Shown here piece after piece: positions 33,563 through 44,774 of a DNA stretch of 64,000 nucleotides. Made by a program: the position numbers and the translations under genes. Positions within the stretch are counted from its first letter, which is position 1, and every line of letters begins with the position of its first letter. Under the pieces are notes generated by a model that did no database searches, was not told where the DNA came from, and was given only the letters and a program-made list of their open reading frames with translations. Source of the DNA: an uncultured Alphaproteobacteria bacterium (GTDB lineage Bacteria; Pseudomonadota; Alphaproteobacteria; Dongiales; Dongiaceae); contig CAWKIJ010000008.1 of assembly GCA_963849845.1 (NCBI GenBank), forward strand, positions 430-64,429, written 5' to 3'.

Positions 33563-36454
33563 TCAGACGGCGAGCGGCGGCTCGCGGCTGGGGGAAGGGC
33601 GCTCCGCTACAGGGGACTGCCCTCCGGGTCCCGCATCCAGGCTGCGGAGGAGGTCGTCGATTGCGTCTTCCTGTTCGCTCGACAGGCCGGCGGCGTCCGC
33701 CGCAGGCGCCACGTCCTGCGGCGCGGCGGGCTGATCGGTGAGCAGCGCCCCGCTATGGGCGGCGATCTTGCGGATGAGTTCGTCGGCATCGATCGGTTTC
33801 GGAACGAAGTCGTTCATTCCGGCCTCCAGGCAGCGCCGCCGGTCGTCCTGCATGGCATTGGCGGTCATGGCGATGATCGGGATGCTGAGCCCGGCACCGC
33901 CGAGATCGCGGATCCGGCGGGTCGCCTCCAGCCCGTCCATCTCAGGCATCTGCATGTCCATCAGGATCGCGTCGTAGCTGCGGTTCCGGACGGCCTGGAC
34001 GGCTTCGAGGCCGTTGCCGGCGACATCGCAGCGCAGCCCGGCCTTGCCGAGGATGGTCGTCACCAGCATCTGGTTGACGTGATTGTCTTCGGCCACCAGG
34101 ACGCGCAACGGGCGGTCGACCCGGCGATTGCCGAGCTTGGCGGCGCGTTTCGCGTCGCGAACCCCCGGCTGGACGACCCCCATCGCCTTGGCAATCGCGG
34201 TGACCAGCACCGATCGCCGGACCGGCTTTGGCAGGGTGTCGTCGAAGCCGAGTTCGACCGATTGCTCGGCCGTCAGCAGTGAAGCCGAGGAGGACAGGAT
34301 TGCCTTCTCGATGCGCACACGCGGCAGCCGGCGTACCGCCGCGAGGAATTCGGGGCCGGTCAGGTTCGGCATCATGTGATCGATCACCGCCAGGGCGATC
34401 GGCCGCTCGGGTGGCGCGCGGCGCAGCTGGGCCAGCAGCACCTCCGGATCGTCGAAGCTCATGATATTGGCGCCGAACCCGGTCATGTAGAGCTCGAAGA
34501 TCTCCCGGTTGATCTGGTTGTCGTCGAGGATGAGGACGGTCCGGTCGTGCAGGGCGTCGGCGATCGCGCCGGTGGCATCCTGAACGACACCGTTGCTGGC
34601 GGCGAAATGGGCGGTGAACCAGAAGGTGCTGCCGGAAGGCGCGCGGGTCCGCGAGGTCACCCCGATCTCGCCCTGCATCATCTCGACGATCTGCCGGCAG
34701 ATGGCGAGCCCCAGGCCGGTCCCGCCGAAACGCCGGGTCATCGAGGCATCGACCTGGCTGAACGGGGAGAACAGCTTGGTGCGCGCGGCTTCCGGAACGC
34801 CGATTCCGGTATCGCGCACCGAGAAGCGCAGCACCACCGCATCGGCGCTGCGCTCGGCCAGTTCGACGATCAGGCTGACGCCGCCGGATTCGGTGAATTT
34901 CACCGCATTCGACAACAGGTTGATCAGCACCTGGCGCAGGCGTCCCGGGTCGCCGATCAGGGCGCCGGGCACGTCGGGGCTGACGAAGCTCGCCAGCTCG
35001 ATGCCTCGGCTATGCGCCCGCGCCGAGATCAGGTCGATCGTGCTGTCGATCATCGGGATGAGTTCGAAGTCGATTTTCTCCAGCTCGAGCTTGCCGGCCT
35101 CGATCTTGGCGAAATCCAGGATGTCGTTGATGATGCCGAGCAGGGATTCGCCGGATTGCTGCAGCACCTCGACGAAATGCCGCTGTTGGGGCTGCAGCGT
35201 GGTATCCGCGAGCAGGCCGGCCATGCCGAGGACGCCGTTCATCGGTGTGCGGATCTCATGGCTCATCGTCGCCAGGAACTGGGTCTTCGCGACGTTCGCC
35301 AGTTCGGCCTGCTCCTTGGCGATGCGCAGATCCTGGGTCATGCCCAGGGCCAGTCCCTGGGCCTGGACCTGGGCCCGGCTGAGCGACCAGACGATCCCTG
35401 CGGTCAGCAGGCTGATGCAGATGCCGCCCAGGAGGACGAGGATCGGCATGCGATGCTCCTGGGCGCTGAGCTCGGCGACGCGGCCGCGGAAGACCAGGGT
35501 CAACTTCTCCTCGCCGAACTCGAAGATGTCCTTCTGCACCAGTTCGGCATTGGCCGCCGTGAAGGCGTGATGATTCGTGGCCGCCTTGCGCGCGAGGTCG
35601 GACTGGTCGGCCTGGCCGCCATGCTGGGCGATCAGGTTCTCCGGCAGTTCGGGACCGAAGAACAGGCGCACGTCGATGCGCGGATCGACTTCGGCCAGGG
35701 TGTCGTTCACCACCTCGTCGAGCCGGATCGGCAGTGCCACCCAGCCGGCCAAGGCTTCCCGCCGCTCGGCAACCGTCTGTGGCCGAGTCCCGGCCCGGTA
35801 GACGGGAGCGAAAATCATCGACGTGCCGGCAAGGGAGCCGGTATCGGGTCCCAGCGCCTTCGACAGGGTCACGCGGTCGGCCGTCATCGCGCGGTCGGCC
35901 GCCTGCCGCAGCCGCCGGTCGGAGGCGAGGTCGCTGCCGAGATAGGAGGCACTCTGGCTCGCCGGCTCGAACAGCAGGACCAGATATTCGCGATCCGGCT
36001 GCGGTTCGGCGAAGCTGCGGGAAACGCTTCCGGCGGCGCCTTTCTCGAGGCCAGAGCCGGCGACGGCCCCGTCCTGCATCAGCAGGCGCTCGACATATCC
36101 GGCGCCGATCACGCCGGGCAGGCTGCGCCAGTTCAGCTTCTCGGTGAAGGTGGCCCAGGCGTCAGGGTCCCGCTCGGCAACGGCACGTGCCGCACCCCGG
36201 CCGAGTTCCGCGAACAGCTGCAGTCGGTTGAGGCTCTCGTTGACCCGCTTCTTGGCACGGTCGATCTGGTGCACGAACCGTTCATTGGCCGCCTTGTCCA
36301 CCTGGTCATGGATCGAATAGGCCAGATAATAGGAGACGAGAATTCCGCCGGATAACAGGACCAATGGTGCCAGGACGGCGCGCAGGCGTCGGCGCAGGAG
36401 GGCAACCACCGGGCGCCCGGTTCCTGGCTCAGCAGCTGGCGAATCCCCATTCAT
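33563..36454 (-). CDS. Hybrid sensor histidine kinase: CHASE sensor, HisKA, HATPase_c and two receiver domains
   Basis: 963 aa. A TM helix is followed by a periplasmic CHASE-like domain ([15 protein letters not shown]) and a second TM helix. The H-box is [15 protein letters not shown], the N-box [10 protein letters not shown], and the G-boxes VRDTGIGV and GGTGLGLAI. The terminal REC reads [11 protein letters not shown]...[12 protein letters not shown]. Confidence 0.9.
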   Translation of the reverse strand: MNGDSPAAEPGTGRPVVALLRRRLRAVLAPLVLLSGGILVSYYLAYSIHDQVDKAANERFVHQIDRAKKRVNESLNRLQLFAELGRGAARAVAERDPDAWATFTEKLNWRSLPGVIGAGYVERLLMQDGAVAGSGLEKGAAGSVSRSFAEPQPDREYLVLLFEPASQSASYLGSDLASDRRLRQAADRAMTADRVTLSKALGPDTGSLAGTSMIFAPVYRAGTRPQTVAERREALAGWVALPIRLDEVVNDTLAEVDPRIDVRLFFGPELPENLIAQHGGQADQSDLARKAATNHHAFTAANAELVQKDIFEFGEEKLTLVFRGRVAELSAQEHRMPILVLLGGICISLLTAGIVWSLSRAQVQAQGLALGMTQDLRIAKEQAELANVAKTQFLATMSHEIRTPMNGVLGMAGLLADTTLQPQQRHFVEVLQQSGESLLGIINDILDFAKIEAGKLELEKIDFELIPMIDSTIDLISARAHSRGIELASFVSPDVPGALIGDPGRLRQVLINLLSNAVKFTESGGVSLIVELAERSADAVVLRFSVRDTGIGVPEAARTKLFSPFSQVDASMTRRFGGTGLGLAICRQIVEMMQGEIGVTSRTRAPSGSTFWFTAHFAASNGVVQDATGAIADALHDRTVLILDDNQINREIFELYMTGFGANIMSFDDPEVLLAQLRRAPPERPIALAVIDHMMPNLTGPEFLAAVRRLPRVRIEKAILSSSASLLTAEQSVELGFDDTLPKPVRRSVLVTAIAKAMGVVQPGVRDAKRAAKLGNRRVDRPLRVLVAEDNHVNQMLVTTILGKAGLRCDVAGNGLEAVQAVRNRSYDAILMDMQMPEMDGLEATRRIRDLGGAGLSIPIIAMTANAMQDDRRRCLEAGMNDFVPKPIDADELIRKIAAHSGALLTDQPAAPQDVAPAADAAGLSSEQEDAIDDLLRSLDAGPGGQSPVAERPSPSREPPLAV

Positions 36455-36618
36455 TCCGATCGGTCCGGCTCAATCCTGGGTTGAGATATTCAGCTCAATC
36501 AATGTGTTTAGCGGGTACATCCTGAAGGAACGGTTAAAGATACTATTCCAAGGTCAGAGCCCGCCACGCAAACGCCCGGCAAGGCCCGGGTGGCAAACCG
36601 GCGCCAGCGGCCGGGCGG

Positions 36619-39501
36619 CTAGGCCGCCGGCGGGCGGCTATCGACGGTTTCATCGAAGGATCGCAGCAGGTTGTCGAGGGCGCGTTCCTGTTCGTTCGAG
36701 AGCGCGGCCGCCGTCCCGCCGAGGGGTGCCGCCGGCTCGGCGGCGTTGAGTTCGACATGGGTATGGACGGCGATCTTGCGGATCAGTTCCTCGGCATCGA
36801 TCGGCTTGGCGATGAAGTCGTTCATCCCCGCCTCCAGGCAGCGGCGCCGGTCCTCCTGCATGGCATTGGCGGTCATCGCAAGGATGGGCAGCATCAGCGC
36901 AGTACCGCCCAGATCGCGGATACGGCGGGTCGCTTCCAATCCATCCATTTCCGGCATCTGCATGTCCATGAGCACCAGGTCGTAGCCGCGCTGGCGGATC
37001 GCCTCCAGGGCCTCGTGCCCGTTCGCGGCGACATCGATGCGCGCACCCGCCCGTCCCAGGATGGCGGTGACCAGCAGTTGGTTCACCTGATTGTCCTCGG
37101 CTACCAGGATCCGCAGATTGCTGCCGGCGGCGAAGCGCGGAATGCTTTGCGGGGCGACGGTGTCCGCGGCCTCGCGCGGGGTGACGCCGAAAGCCTCTGA
37201 CAGGCAGGCGATGAACTGCTGACGACGGACCGGCTTCGGCAGGACGGAATCGATTCCCGTTTCCGCCGCCTGGTTGCGCCCGACGAAGATCGCCGAGGAG
37301 GAGAGGATGATATGGCCGACCTTCACCTGATTGAGCTGCCGCAGTTCGGCAATGAACTCCACGCCGGACATGTTCGGCATCATGTGATCGATGATCGCCA
37401 ATGCGAACGGCTCATCCGGCGGTGCGACGGCGAGTTCCTCCAGCAGGATCTCCGGCTCGGCGGCGCTGCGGGAATGGCCGCCAAGGCTGGCGACATAACG
37501 CTCGAAAATCTCCCGGTTGACTACGTTGTCGTCGAGGATGAGTACGGATTTGCCCTGCAGCAATGTCGACCAGTCGGCGCGATCGTCGATGATGGCGCCG
37601 CTTGGCGGCGCAAACCGCATGGTGAACCAGAATGTGCTGCCGCCGCGTTCGCCGGTGCGTGAATCGACGCCGATATGCCCGCCCAGCAGCTCGATGATCT
37701 GCTTGCAGATCGCCAGGCCCAGGCCGGTGCCGCCAAATCGCCGGGTGGTAGAGGCATCGACTTGGCTGAAGCGATCGAACAGGCGCGACTTCGCCTCCTC
37801 GGGAATGCCGATCCCAGTGTCGCGGACGGCGACACGCAGCTTGCAGCCGCCTTCGTCCTCATGCGCCAGCTCGACGATAACGTTGACGCCGCCGGCCTCG
37901 GTGAACTTGACGGCATTGGACAGCAGGTTGAGCAGGACCTGGCGGAGGCGGCCGGGGTCGCCGTTCACCGTGGTCGGAACATCGGGCGAGATGAAGCTGG
38001 CAAGCTCGATACCCTTGGTCTGGGCCCGCGACGCCATCAGTTCGATCGTGCTGTCGATCACGGGCGCCAGCTCGAAATCGACATGTTCCAGTTCGAGCTT
38101 GCCGGACTCGACCTTGGCGAAGTCCAGGATGTCGTTGATGATGCCCAGCAGCGACTCGCCGGACTGCTGCAGCACCTGGACGAAATGCGACTGTTCGGAA
38201 TCGAGCTTGGTATCGGCCAGCAATCCGGCCATGCCGAGAACGCCGTTCATCGGTGTCCGGATCTCGTGGCTCATGGTGGCGAGGAACTGCGTCTTGGCGA
38301 TGCTGGCCGATTCCGCCGCCTCCTTGGCGATGCGAAGGTCGTGGGTCATGCCCGCGGCGAGAAGTTCCGCCTTGCTGCGGGCCGCGCCGATCGACCAGAC
38401 GACGGCACCAGTAAGCAGCGCCCCGGCGATGCCGCCGACGAGGACGATCAGCGGCATGAACCGCTCGGCGGAATCGAGGACGGAATAGGCGGTGAATTCC
38501 AGCAACAGGCTCTGCCCGGCGAAGGCGAGGGTGCGCTGGCGGCGGAATGACAGGCTGGTGCCGTCGTCGCCCGGCACCGCCGGCTGGGCGCCGTCGGATC
38601 TAGGCAGCAGAGCTGCCGTGTCGAATAGAAGGCGGGCGGGATCGGGCCTGGACCCGAGATAGACGCGGACGTCGAGAACGCCCTTCACGTCGTCCAGCGT
38701 GCCGGCCATGGTCTCGGCCATGACGATCGGCATGGCGATCCATCCCTGGATGGCAAGCTGCCGCTCCTCGAACGTGTAGGGGTCGGCATCGTTGCGGTAA
38801 ACCGGTGCCATGAACATCAGGCCGGGGCGGTCCCGCTTGTCCTGCGGCAGGTGGATGACGTTGTCCGTCACCGTGATGCCACCCTGGTTTACCGCCCATT
38901 CCGCGGCATGGCGCAGAGTCGTATCGGAGGCAAAATCGAAGCCGATCAGGTTCTTGTTGAAGTCGCTGGGCTCGATGAACCGTGTCGCATAGATGAAGTC
39001 GGGAAGCGGATCGCTGCCGCCGGCGACCTGAAAATCCGGTTGCCCGTCGGAGCGCACCCGAGCTACGAAATCATCGATGGCGGACCGCTGGACGCGCTCG
39101 ACATAGCCAAGGCCGAGGGCGCCGGGAACCGACAGCCAGTCGAGGCTGGCGACGAATTGATGCCACTGGCTGCGGGTGATCGATTCATTCGACCGGAAGA
39201 GGCCGCGCGCCATCTGCATGACCAGTTGGTAGCTGTTGATCCGGTCATAGACCCGCTTGTTGACGCGTTCCACCAGATGGCTGGTGCGCTCGGCATTGGC
39301 GTCGCGGATCTCGCGCGAGACGATGGTGCTGACTGCGATGGTGAAGAGCACGCCGAACAGCACAACGACGATCGGCCAGCGCACGGCTTTCCACGCCGCG
39401 CGACGATACGCGCGGTTGTCGGCGATCTCGTTCGGCTGAACGGTCGTTGACAAGCCCTGGACACCCTGTGTCGGTGCGGCGCCAGCGGCACCGCAAATCA
39501 C
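36619..39501 (-). CDS. Hybrid sensor histidine kinase, tandem paralog (CHASE, HisKA, HATPase_c, two receivers)
   Basis: 960 aa with the same architecture. Its kinase core is near-identical in stretches to 33563..36454 ([48 protein letters not shown]), while the periplasmic domain is much more diverged. Confidence 0.9.
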   Translation of the reverse strand: MICGAAGAAPTQGVQGLSTTVQPNEIADNRAYRRAAWKAVRWPIVVVLFGVLFTIAVSTIVSREIRDANAERTSHLVERVNKRVYDRINSYQLVMQMARGLFRSNESITRSQWHQFVASLDWLSVPGALGLGYVERVQRSAIDDFVARVRSDGQPDFQVAGGSDPLPDFIYATRFIEPSDFNKNLIGFDFASDTTLRHAAEWAVNQGGITVTDNVIHLPQDKRDRPGLMFMAPVYRNDADPYTFEERQLAIQGWIAMPIVMAETMAGTLDDVKGVLDVRVYLGSRPDPARLLFDTAALLPRSDGAQPAVPGDDGTSLSFRRQRTLAFAGQSLLLEFTAYSVLDSAERFMPLIVLVGGIAGALLTGAVVWSIGAARSKAELLAAGMTHDLRIAKEAAESASIAKTQFLATMSHEIRTPMNGVLGMAGLLADTKLDSEQSHFVQVLQQSGESLLGIINDILDFAKVESGKLELEHVDFELAPVIDSTIELMASRAQTKGIELASFISPDVPTTVNGDPGRLRQVLLNLLSNAVKFTEAGGVNVIVELAHEDEGGCKLRVAVRDTGIGIPEEAKSRLFDRFSQVDASTTRRFGGTGLGLAICKQIIELLGGHIGVDSRTGERGGSTFWFTMRFAPPSGAIIDDRADWSTLLQGKSVLILDDNVVNREIFERYVASLGGHSRSAAEPEILLEELAVAPPDEPFALAIIDHMMPNMSGVEFIAELRQLNQVKVGHIILSSSAIFVGRNQAAETGIDSVLPKPVRRQQFIACLSEAFGVTPREAADTVAPQSIPRFAAGSNLRILVAEDNQVNQLLVTAILGRAGARIDVAANGHEALEAIRQRGYDLVLMDMQMPEMDGLEATRRIRDLGGTALMLPILAMTANAMQEDRRRCLEAGMNDFIAKPIDAEELIRKIAVHTHVELNAAEPAAPLGGTAAALSNEQERALDNLLRSFDETVDSRPPAA

Positions 39502-39606
39502 GCAGCGATATTCCAGTGTGAAGTTGAATTATTGGTTAACCGCTGCCCGGCCTGGTGCGGCGGATTGCAGGCTAGTTTCTTGAATTGGCACGGTAAAATC
39601 CCCGTG

Positions 39607-40377
39607 TCAGCGGTCGCGCTCGGCGAGATACGCATTGGCGAGCTCGATCAGGCGCTGGCGCCCGAAACTCGGATCGTGGCCGGCGTGAACCACCGTGACG
39701 GGCAGGTCGCGGAGCCGCTTCATGGTGCGGACATAGGTTGGGATGTTCGAGGTCAGGAGTTCGTCCAGCAGGGGACCGTCGTAGATCGCGTCGCCGGAGA
39801 ACAGCGTCCCGGTCGAGGCCTCCCACAGGCCGATCGAGCCCGGCGAATGACCGGGGAGATGCAGCACCTCGAATTGCCGGTCGCCGAGATCGACGATCGA
39901 TCCCTCCTCGACGACTTCGGTCACCTTGGCCGGCAGGATCCGGTAGGTCCGGAGATCGTAGTCCGCATGCGGCAGGGCGGTGATCAGCCCGCCGTCGATC
40001 GGATAGTCCGCGACGCGGTGCCGGACGGGCTCGTCGGCGCCGAAATCGGCGTAGAGCAGCGTACCGTCCGAGGTGGGCGACCGCAGATTGGCCGCCTCGT
40101 CACGGTGCACGATGCTGGCGTCGAATTCGTGATGGCCGCCGATATGATCGGCATGGGTGTGGGTTGCCACCGCGGCGACCGGCTTCTCGAGGAGATGCTT
40201 CGCCGCCGCGACCAGGCTGGCGAATCCCATGCCGGTATCGATCATCAGGTCGCGGTCACGCCCGCGGACGTGCCAGATGTTGCAGCGCATGAAGGGGATG
40301 ACATGCGGCTCGTAAAGCAGGGTGATTCCGTCGTCGATGCGTTGGATCTCGAACCAGCGATCGGCGATCGGCAGCAT
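39607..40377 (-). CDS. MBL-fold metallo-hydrolase
   Basis: 256 aa with THTHADHIGGHHEF (HxHxDH) and the downstream motifs HLPGHSPG and VHAGHD. Confidence 0.85.
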   Translation of the reverse strand: MLPIADRWFEIQRIDDGITLLYEPHVIPFMRCNIWHVRGRDRDLMIDTGMGFASLVAAAKHLLEKPVAAVATHTHADHIGGHHEFDASIVHRDEAANLRSPTSDGTLLYADFGADEPVRHRVADYPIDGGLITALPHADYDLRTYRILPAKVTEVVEEGSIVDLGDRQFEVLHLPGHSPGSIGLWEASTGTLFSGDAIYDGPLLDELLTSNIPTYVRTMKRLRDLPVTVVHAGHDPSFGRQRLIELANAYLAERDR

Positions 40378-40380
40378 GGC

Positions 40381-41166
40381 CTAGCGGCCGATGAACTTCG
40401 CGGCGCGCTTCTCGAGGAAGGCCTGGACACCCTCGCGGAAGTCCTCGGTCTCGGCGGCCTGGGGCTGGAGTTCCGCCTCCAGGGCCAGCTGCTGCTCCAG
40501 CGAGTGGTGGCCGCTGGCATTCATGGCCTGTTTCATCAGTGCCAGGGCGCGGGTCGGCAGGGCGGCAAGGCGGGTGGCGAGCGCGTCGATCCTCGCCGGG
40601 AAATCCGCATCCGGGGCCACCTCCCAGATCAGGCCCCATTCCGCCGCGGACCTGGCGCTGATCGTGTCGCCGAGCAGGGCCATGCCCAGCGCCCGTGCAT
40701 GGCCGACCAGGCGCGGCAGGAAATAGGTGCCGCCGGCATCGGGGATGAGGCCGATCCGCGCGAAGGCCATGGTGAAGGTGGCGCTCTCGGCGGCGACGAC
40801 GATGTCGCAGGCCAGCGCCAGATTGGCACCGGCGCCCGCGGCGACGCCGTTGACGGCGCCGATCACCGGGATTTCGAGGCTGCGGATCTGCCGCACGATC
40901 GGGTTGTAGAGCCGCTCGACCGTGTTGCGCACCGCCCGGCCATCGGTGACCGCACCGGCCTCGCGCAGGTCCTGACCGGCGCAGAATCCCCGGCCGGCGC
41001 CGGTGATGACCAGGGCGCGCAGATCGGCATCGGCGGCGATGTCCGACAGGACATCGCCGAGTTCGCTCAGCATGCCGGAGGTCAGGCTGTTCAACTTGTC
41101 CGGCCGGTTGAGGGTGAGGCGCAGGATGTCGCCGCTGCGGTCGAGAAGAAGTCTTGGCTCGCTCAT
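40381..41166 (-). CDS. Enoyl-CoA hydratase/isomerase family protein
   Basis: 261 aa with crotonase signatures (VITGAGRGFCAGQDL, PVIGAVNGVAAGAGANLALACDI). It ends 3 nt upstream of the MBL gene start. Confidence 0.85.
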   Translation of the reverse strand: MSEPRLLLDRSGDILRLTLNRPDKLNSLTSGMLSELGDVLSDIAADADLRALVITGAGRGFCAGQDLREAGAVTDGRAVRNTVERLYNPIVRQIRSLEIPVIGAVNGVAAGAGANLALACDIVVAAESATFTMAFARIGLIPDAGGTYFLPRLVGHARALGMALLGDTISARSAAEWGLIWEVAPDADFPARIDALATRLAALPTRALALMKQAMNASGHHSLEQQLALEAELQPQAAETEDFREGVQAFLEKRAAKFIGR

Positions 41167-41279
41167 CGGTCTTGGCTCATGATCGGCGCATCGGACGGCG
41201 GATGCGGGTGAAGCGGGCGGATCATGCCATGATCGCCGCCGGGTCGCACCGGAAATTGTAATGGCGGAAAAGCGGCATC

Positions 41280-41663
41280 ATGAGACTGGCGATCATCGGC
41301 GCGGGCGTGAACGGCCTCATCGGTGTGGCGATGGGGGCCTGGGCGGCGCATGGCGCGGCGGGCGTGCTGGAGCCGATGCAGATCGACTGGGTACGGACCG
41401 GCGCCGCCTATCAGCTCTGGCACGCGGCGGCCCTGCTCGGCATCGCAGCCCTGGCGCGCCGCGCGCCGGCCCGCTGCCTGGCCGTCGCCGCCTGGTGCTT
41501 CTGTTTCGGCGCGCTCGGCTTTTCGTGTAGTCTCTATCTTCTGGCCGTCGCCGGCTGGACCTGGCTGGTCTGGCTGACCCCGGCCGGCGGGGCGACGATG
41601 CTGGCAGGATGGATGGCGGTGATCGTCCAGGGTGTCTTGGGGTGGCGAGGGAATTTGTCGTGA
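41280..41663 (+). CDS. DUF423 (YgdD-like) small membrane protein
   Basis: 127 aa with four hydrophobic helices. It contains GAWAAHG and YQLWHAAALL, as in DUF423 proteins. Confidence 0.7.
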   Translation: MRLAIIGAGVNGLIGVAMGAWAAHGAAGVLEPMQIDWVRTGAAYQLWHAAALLGIAALARRAPARCLAVAAWCFCFGALGFSCSLYLLAVAGWTWLVWLTPAGGATMLAGWMAVIVQGVLGWRGNLS

Positions 41664-42439
41664 AACGTTTCGTCCTGTCGGCCATCCTGCTGCTGTCGGC
41701 CCTGGCCGCTCCGGCGGGCGCCGAGGATCCGGCATCGGGTCCCAGTTTCGACTGCCAGCAGGCAACGTCGACCCTGGACCGGGCGATCTGCGCCGATGCG
41801 GAACTCGCCGCCCTCGACCGCGACATGGCGGCGAGATACCGCGCGGCGCAGGCGAACGGCGACGACGGCGCGCGGGCGCTGATCGGCGATACCCAGCGGC
41901 AATGGGCCCACACCCGGGCCGAGCGCTGCGCCCTGCCGCCGGACGGCGATGCCGGCGCTGACGCCCTGGCCTGCCTGAAGCAGCTCTACCAGGCGCGCAT
42001 CGCCGAACTGGCCGCCCTGCAGCCGACCGACGCGGTGGATCCGGTCGCCTGGGTGGAGGGCCTCTGGCAGGTCGAAAGCCTGGTCGGCGTCTCCGCCGGG
42101 ACCCTCAGCGAATTGGCGGCCGGGGCCTTCGTCGGCCGGCTGGTCCTGCTGCAGCGCAGTGCCGTGGCCAGCCTCACCGGCGCGAGCTGTGCCGGGCCGG
42201 ATTTCCACCTGCGGGACGGTGGCGCGGCGACCATCCGCCTGGATATCGCCTGTCTCGGCACGACCATGGTCGAGTTGTCCTGGCCGCGCGGCGGCGCCAC
42301 CCGGGCGATCACCTGGACCGAGCGCGGCGCCAGCTTCAGCCTGAAGCGGGTCGCGACGGCGACCCAGCTGATGCTGTCCCGCGGCCTGGGCCAGAGCGGG
42401 GCGCCGGCGCCGGGGGATGACGCCGAGCCGCTGGAATAG
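41660..42439 (+). CDS. Secreted LprI/DUF1311-domain protein with uncharacterised C-terminal half
   Basis: This lies within ORF 41609..42439. The preferred start is GTG 41660, which overlaps the DUF423 stop (GTGA). The signal peptide is VKRFVLSAILLLSALAAPAGA. The LprI-like Cys pattern is FDCQQATSTLDRAICADAELAALDRDMAARYRAA...QRQWAHTRAERC. Confidence 0.6.
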   Translation: MKRFVLSAILLLSALAAPAGAEDPASGPSFDCQQATSTLDRAICADAELAALDRDMAARYRAAQANGDDGARALIGDTQRQWAHTRAERCALPPDGDAGADALACLKQLYQARIAELAALQPTDAVDPVAWVEGLWQVESLVGVSAGTLSELAAGAFVGRLVLLQRSAVASLTGASCAGPDFHLRDGGAATIRLDIACLGTTMVELSWPRGGATRAITWTERGASFSLKRVATATQLMLSRGLGQSGAPAPGDDAEPLE

Positions 42440-42446
42440 CCGGAGG

Positions 42447-43373
42447 ATGGCCACCGCCCTCTATACCCACGGCGATTGCCTGGAGCACGATACCGGGCGC
42501 GGGCATCCGGAGCGCATCCAGCGCCTTGCCGCGGTCCTGGCGAAACTGAAGGAACCGGATTTCGCCGATCTCGTCTGGCGTTCGGCACCGGAGGCCGCGC
42601 CCGCCCAGATCGCCCGCATGCACGATCCGGCCTTCGTCGCCAGTGCCTTGGCGGCGGTGCCGGACCGGGGCCTGGTGGCGCTTGACGGCGATACCGTGAT
42701 CTCGCCCGGCTCGGGCCGCGCCGCCCGGCGCGCGGCGGGTGCGGTGACGGCGGCGGTGGGCGCGGTGATCGCCGGCGAGGTGAAGAACGCCTTCTGCGCC
42801 GTCCGGCCGCCGGGCCATCACGCCGAGCGCGACGCCGCCATGGGCTTCTGCATCTTCAACAACGTGGCGATCGGCGCCGCCGAGGCGCGGGCGGTGCACG
42901 GCCTCGCCCGGGTGGCGGTGGTCGACTTCGACGTCCACCACGGCAACGGCACCCAGCACATGTTCGCCGCCGATCCCGGCCTGTTCTACGCCTCGACGCA
43001 CCAGATGCCGCTCTATCCCGGCACCGGCACGCGCGCCGAGCGCGGCGTCGGCAACATCTGCAACGCGCCGCTGCCGCCCTATGCCGGCTCCGCCGAGTTC
43101 CGCCTGGCGATGACGGAGATCGTCCTGCCGGCGCTGACGGCCTTCCGCCCGGAGCTCATCCTGATCTCCGCCGGTTTCGACGCCCATCGCGCCGATCCTC
43201 TGGCCAGCCTGGAATTCGAGACCGAGGATTTCTACTGGGCGACCCGGGAACTCTGCGCCCTGGCCGCGGAACAATGCGGCGGCCGGGTGGTCTCCAGCCT
43301 CGAGGGCGGCTACGACCTCGCTGCCCTGGCCGACAGCGCCGCCGCCCATGTGCGGGCGCTGATGGCGGCCTGA
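42447..43373 (+). CDS. Histone deacetylase-family amidohydrolase
   Basis: This lies within ORF 42417..43373. The preferred start is ATG 42447 ([14 protein letters not shown]). Motifs present are [19 protein letters not shown] and LEGGY. Confidence 0.85.
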   Translation: MATALYTHGDCLEHDTGRGHPERIQRLAAVLAKLKEPDFADLVWRSAPEAAPAQIARMHDPAFVASALAAVPDRGLVALDGDTVISPGSGRAARRAAGAVTAAVGAVIAGEVKNAFCAVRPPGHHAERDAAMGFCIFNNVAIGAAEARAVHGLARVAVVDFDVHHGNGTQHMFAADPGLFYASTHQMPLYPGTGTRAERGVGNICNAPLPPYAGSAEFRLAMTEIVLPALTAFRPELILISAGFDAHRADPLASLEFETEDFYWATRELCALAAEQCGGRVVSSLEGGYDLAALADSAAAHVRALMAA

Positions 43374-43478
43374 GGCGGCGCTCCGGTGCGATTCGCGATT
43401 TTACCGGCATCCCCTTGAAATCCGGGGGATTTCCAGACCTTGTCCGGCCCCGGTCCGGTCGTTAGAATGGCCGCGTTT

Positions 43479-43521
43479 CGCGCCGGGTGAAGCGATCGAA
43501 AATCGCGGCTCGGCGCGTTTT
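43479..43521 (+). terminator. Candidate rho-independent terminator after the HDAC-family gene
   Basis: The outer stem is CGCGCCG (43479-85) pairing with CGGCGCG (43511-17). The inner stem is GCGAT (43492-96) pairing with ATCGC (43502-06). TTTT follows at 43518-21. The stem is interrupted, hence the moderate confidence. Confidence 0.4.
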
Positions 43522-43572
43522 GGTTCGACCGGCAGGACTCGAACCTTCAGCGCACGACCCATGAGGACCAGC

Positions 43573-43839
43573 ATGGCCGACAGCAAGGAAACCGGCGGGA
43601 AGATCCCGGCCGAGATCGCCGCTTTGAGTTTCGAGGAGGCCCTGGCCGAGCTGCAGGAGCTGGTCAAGCGCCTGGAGCGCGGCGACAGCAAGCTCGAGGA
43701 TGCGATCAAGTCCTACGAGCGCGGCGCGCTGCTGAAGCGCCACTGCGAGGCCAAGCTGAAGGACGCGCAGATGAAGGTCGAGAAGATCGTGCTGGGCGCC
43801 GGCGGCGCCATCGGCACCGAGCCGGCCAACCTGGACTGA
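43573..43839 (+). CDS. xseB: Exodeoxyribonuclease VII small subunit
   Basis: This lies within ORF 43561..43839. It contains [36 protein letters not shown], typical of XseB. The start may be ATG 43561 or 43573. Confidence 0.85.
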   Translation: MADSKETGGKIPAEIAALSFEEALAELQELVKRLERGDSKLEDAIKSYERGALLKRHCEAKLKDAQMKVEKIVLGAGGAIGTEPANLD

Positions 43840-43850
43840 AGCGAGTGGGA

Positions 43851-44762
43851 ATGCGAGCAATGGGATCGGGGACTGCCTTGAATTTCGAACAAGCCTTGAA
43901 CGAAGCCGCCGGATCGGTCAATCGCCTGCTGAGCGACCTGATCCCGCCGGTCGATGGCGCCGAGGGCCGCGTGGTCGAGGCGATGCGCTATGCCACCATG
44001 GGCGGCGGCAAGCGGATCCGCCCCTATCTCGTGGTGCACAGCGCCGCGCTGTTCGAAGTGCATCCGGACTATGCCTATCGCGCCGCGGCGGCGGTCGAGA
44101 TGCTGCATTGCTACAGCCTGGTGCATGACGATCTGCCGGCGATGGACAACAGCGATCTGCGCCGCGGCCGGGCGACGGTGCACAAGCAGTTCGACGAGGC
44201 GACGGCGATCCTCGCCGGTGACGGGCTGCTCACCATGGCCTTCGAGGTGCTGTCCAATTCGGCCACCCATCCCGACGCCCAGGTCCGCGCCGGCCTGGTG
44301 CATGCCCTGGCGGTGGCCGCCGGGTCCGGCGGCATGGTCGGCGGCCAGATGATCGATCTCGCCGCCGAGAGGATGGAACTCGATATCGGCGCCATCACCC
44401 GGCTGCAGCGGATGAAGACCGGCGACATCATCGCCTTCTCCTGCGAGGCGGGCGCAATCCTTGGCCATGCCTCGCCGCATCAGCGCCACGCGCTGATCTC
44501 CTATGCCCACGACCTGGGGCTCGCCTTCCAGATCGTCGACGACCTGCTCGACGCCGAAGGCAGCGCCGCCGAGACCGGCAAGCCGGTCGGCGCCGACGCC
44601 AAGGCCGGCAAGGCGACCTTCGTCTCGATCCTCGGCCTCGACCGGGCCCGCTCCCAGGCGCGGATCCTCGGCGATCAGGCCAATGCCCATCTGGATTCCT
44701 TCGGCGCCAGGGCCGACCCGCTGCGCTGGATGACCGATTTCGTCATCGCGCGAAAAAGCTGA
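43851..44762 (+). CDS. ispA: (2E,6E)-farnesyl/geranylgeranyl diphosphate synthase
   Basis: This lies within ORF 43845..44762. The first Asp-rich motif is LVHDDLPAMDNSDLRRG and the second is FQIVDDLLD. The start is ambiguous (GTG 43845, ATG 43851 or ATG 43860). Confidence 0.9.
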   Translation: MRAMGSGTALNFEQALNEAAGSVNRLLSDLIPPVDGAEGRVVEAMRYATMGGGKRIRPYLVVHSAALFEVHPDYAYRAAAAVEMLHCYSLVHDDLPAMDNSDLRRGRATVHKQFDEATAILAGDGLLTMAFEVLSNSATHPDAQVRAGLVHALAVAAGSGGMVGGQMIDLAAERMELDIGAITRLQRMKTGDIIAFSCEAGAILGHASPHQRHALISYAHDLGLAFQIVDDLLDAEGSAAETGKPVGADAKAGKATFVSILGLDRARSQARILGDQANAHLDSFGARADPLRWMTDFVIARKS

Positions 44763-44774
44763 CCGGGCCGGAAA

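Noticed and set aside
43521-43548. On the minus strand, GAAGGTTCGAGTCCTGCCGGTCGAACCA looks like a tRNA 3' end (T-arm, acceptor strand, discriminator, CCA). This raised the idea of a tRNA gene or an integrative-element att remnant.
   Set aside because: No matching 5' acceptor strand, D-arm or anticodon arm can be folded upstream, where the xseB start lies. The T-stem has a mismatch. I saw no integrase and no second copy of the 28-mer. The segment also abuts the T-tract of a plausible plus-strand terminator (43479-43521). It would only be worth revisiting if the same 28-mer matched a real tRNA gene elsewhere in the genome.
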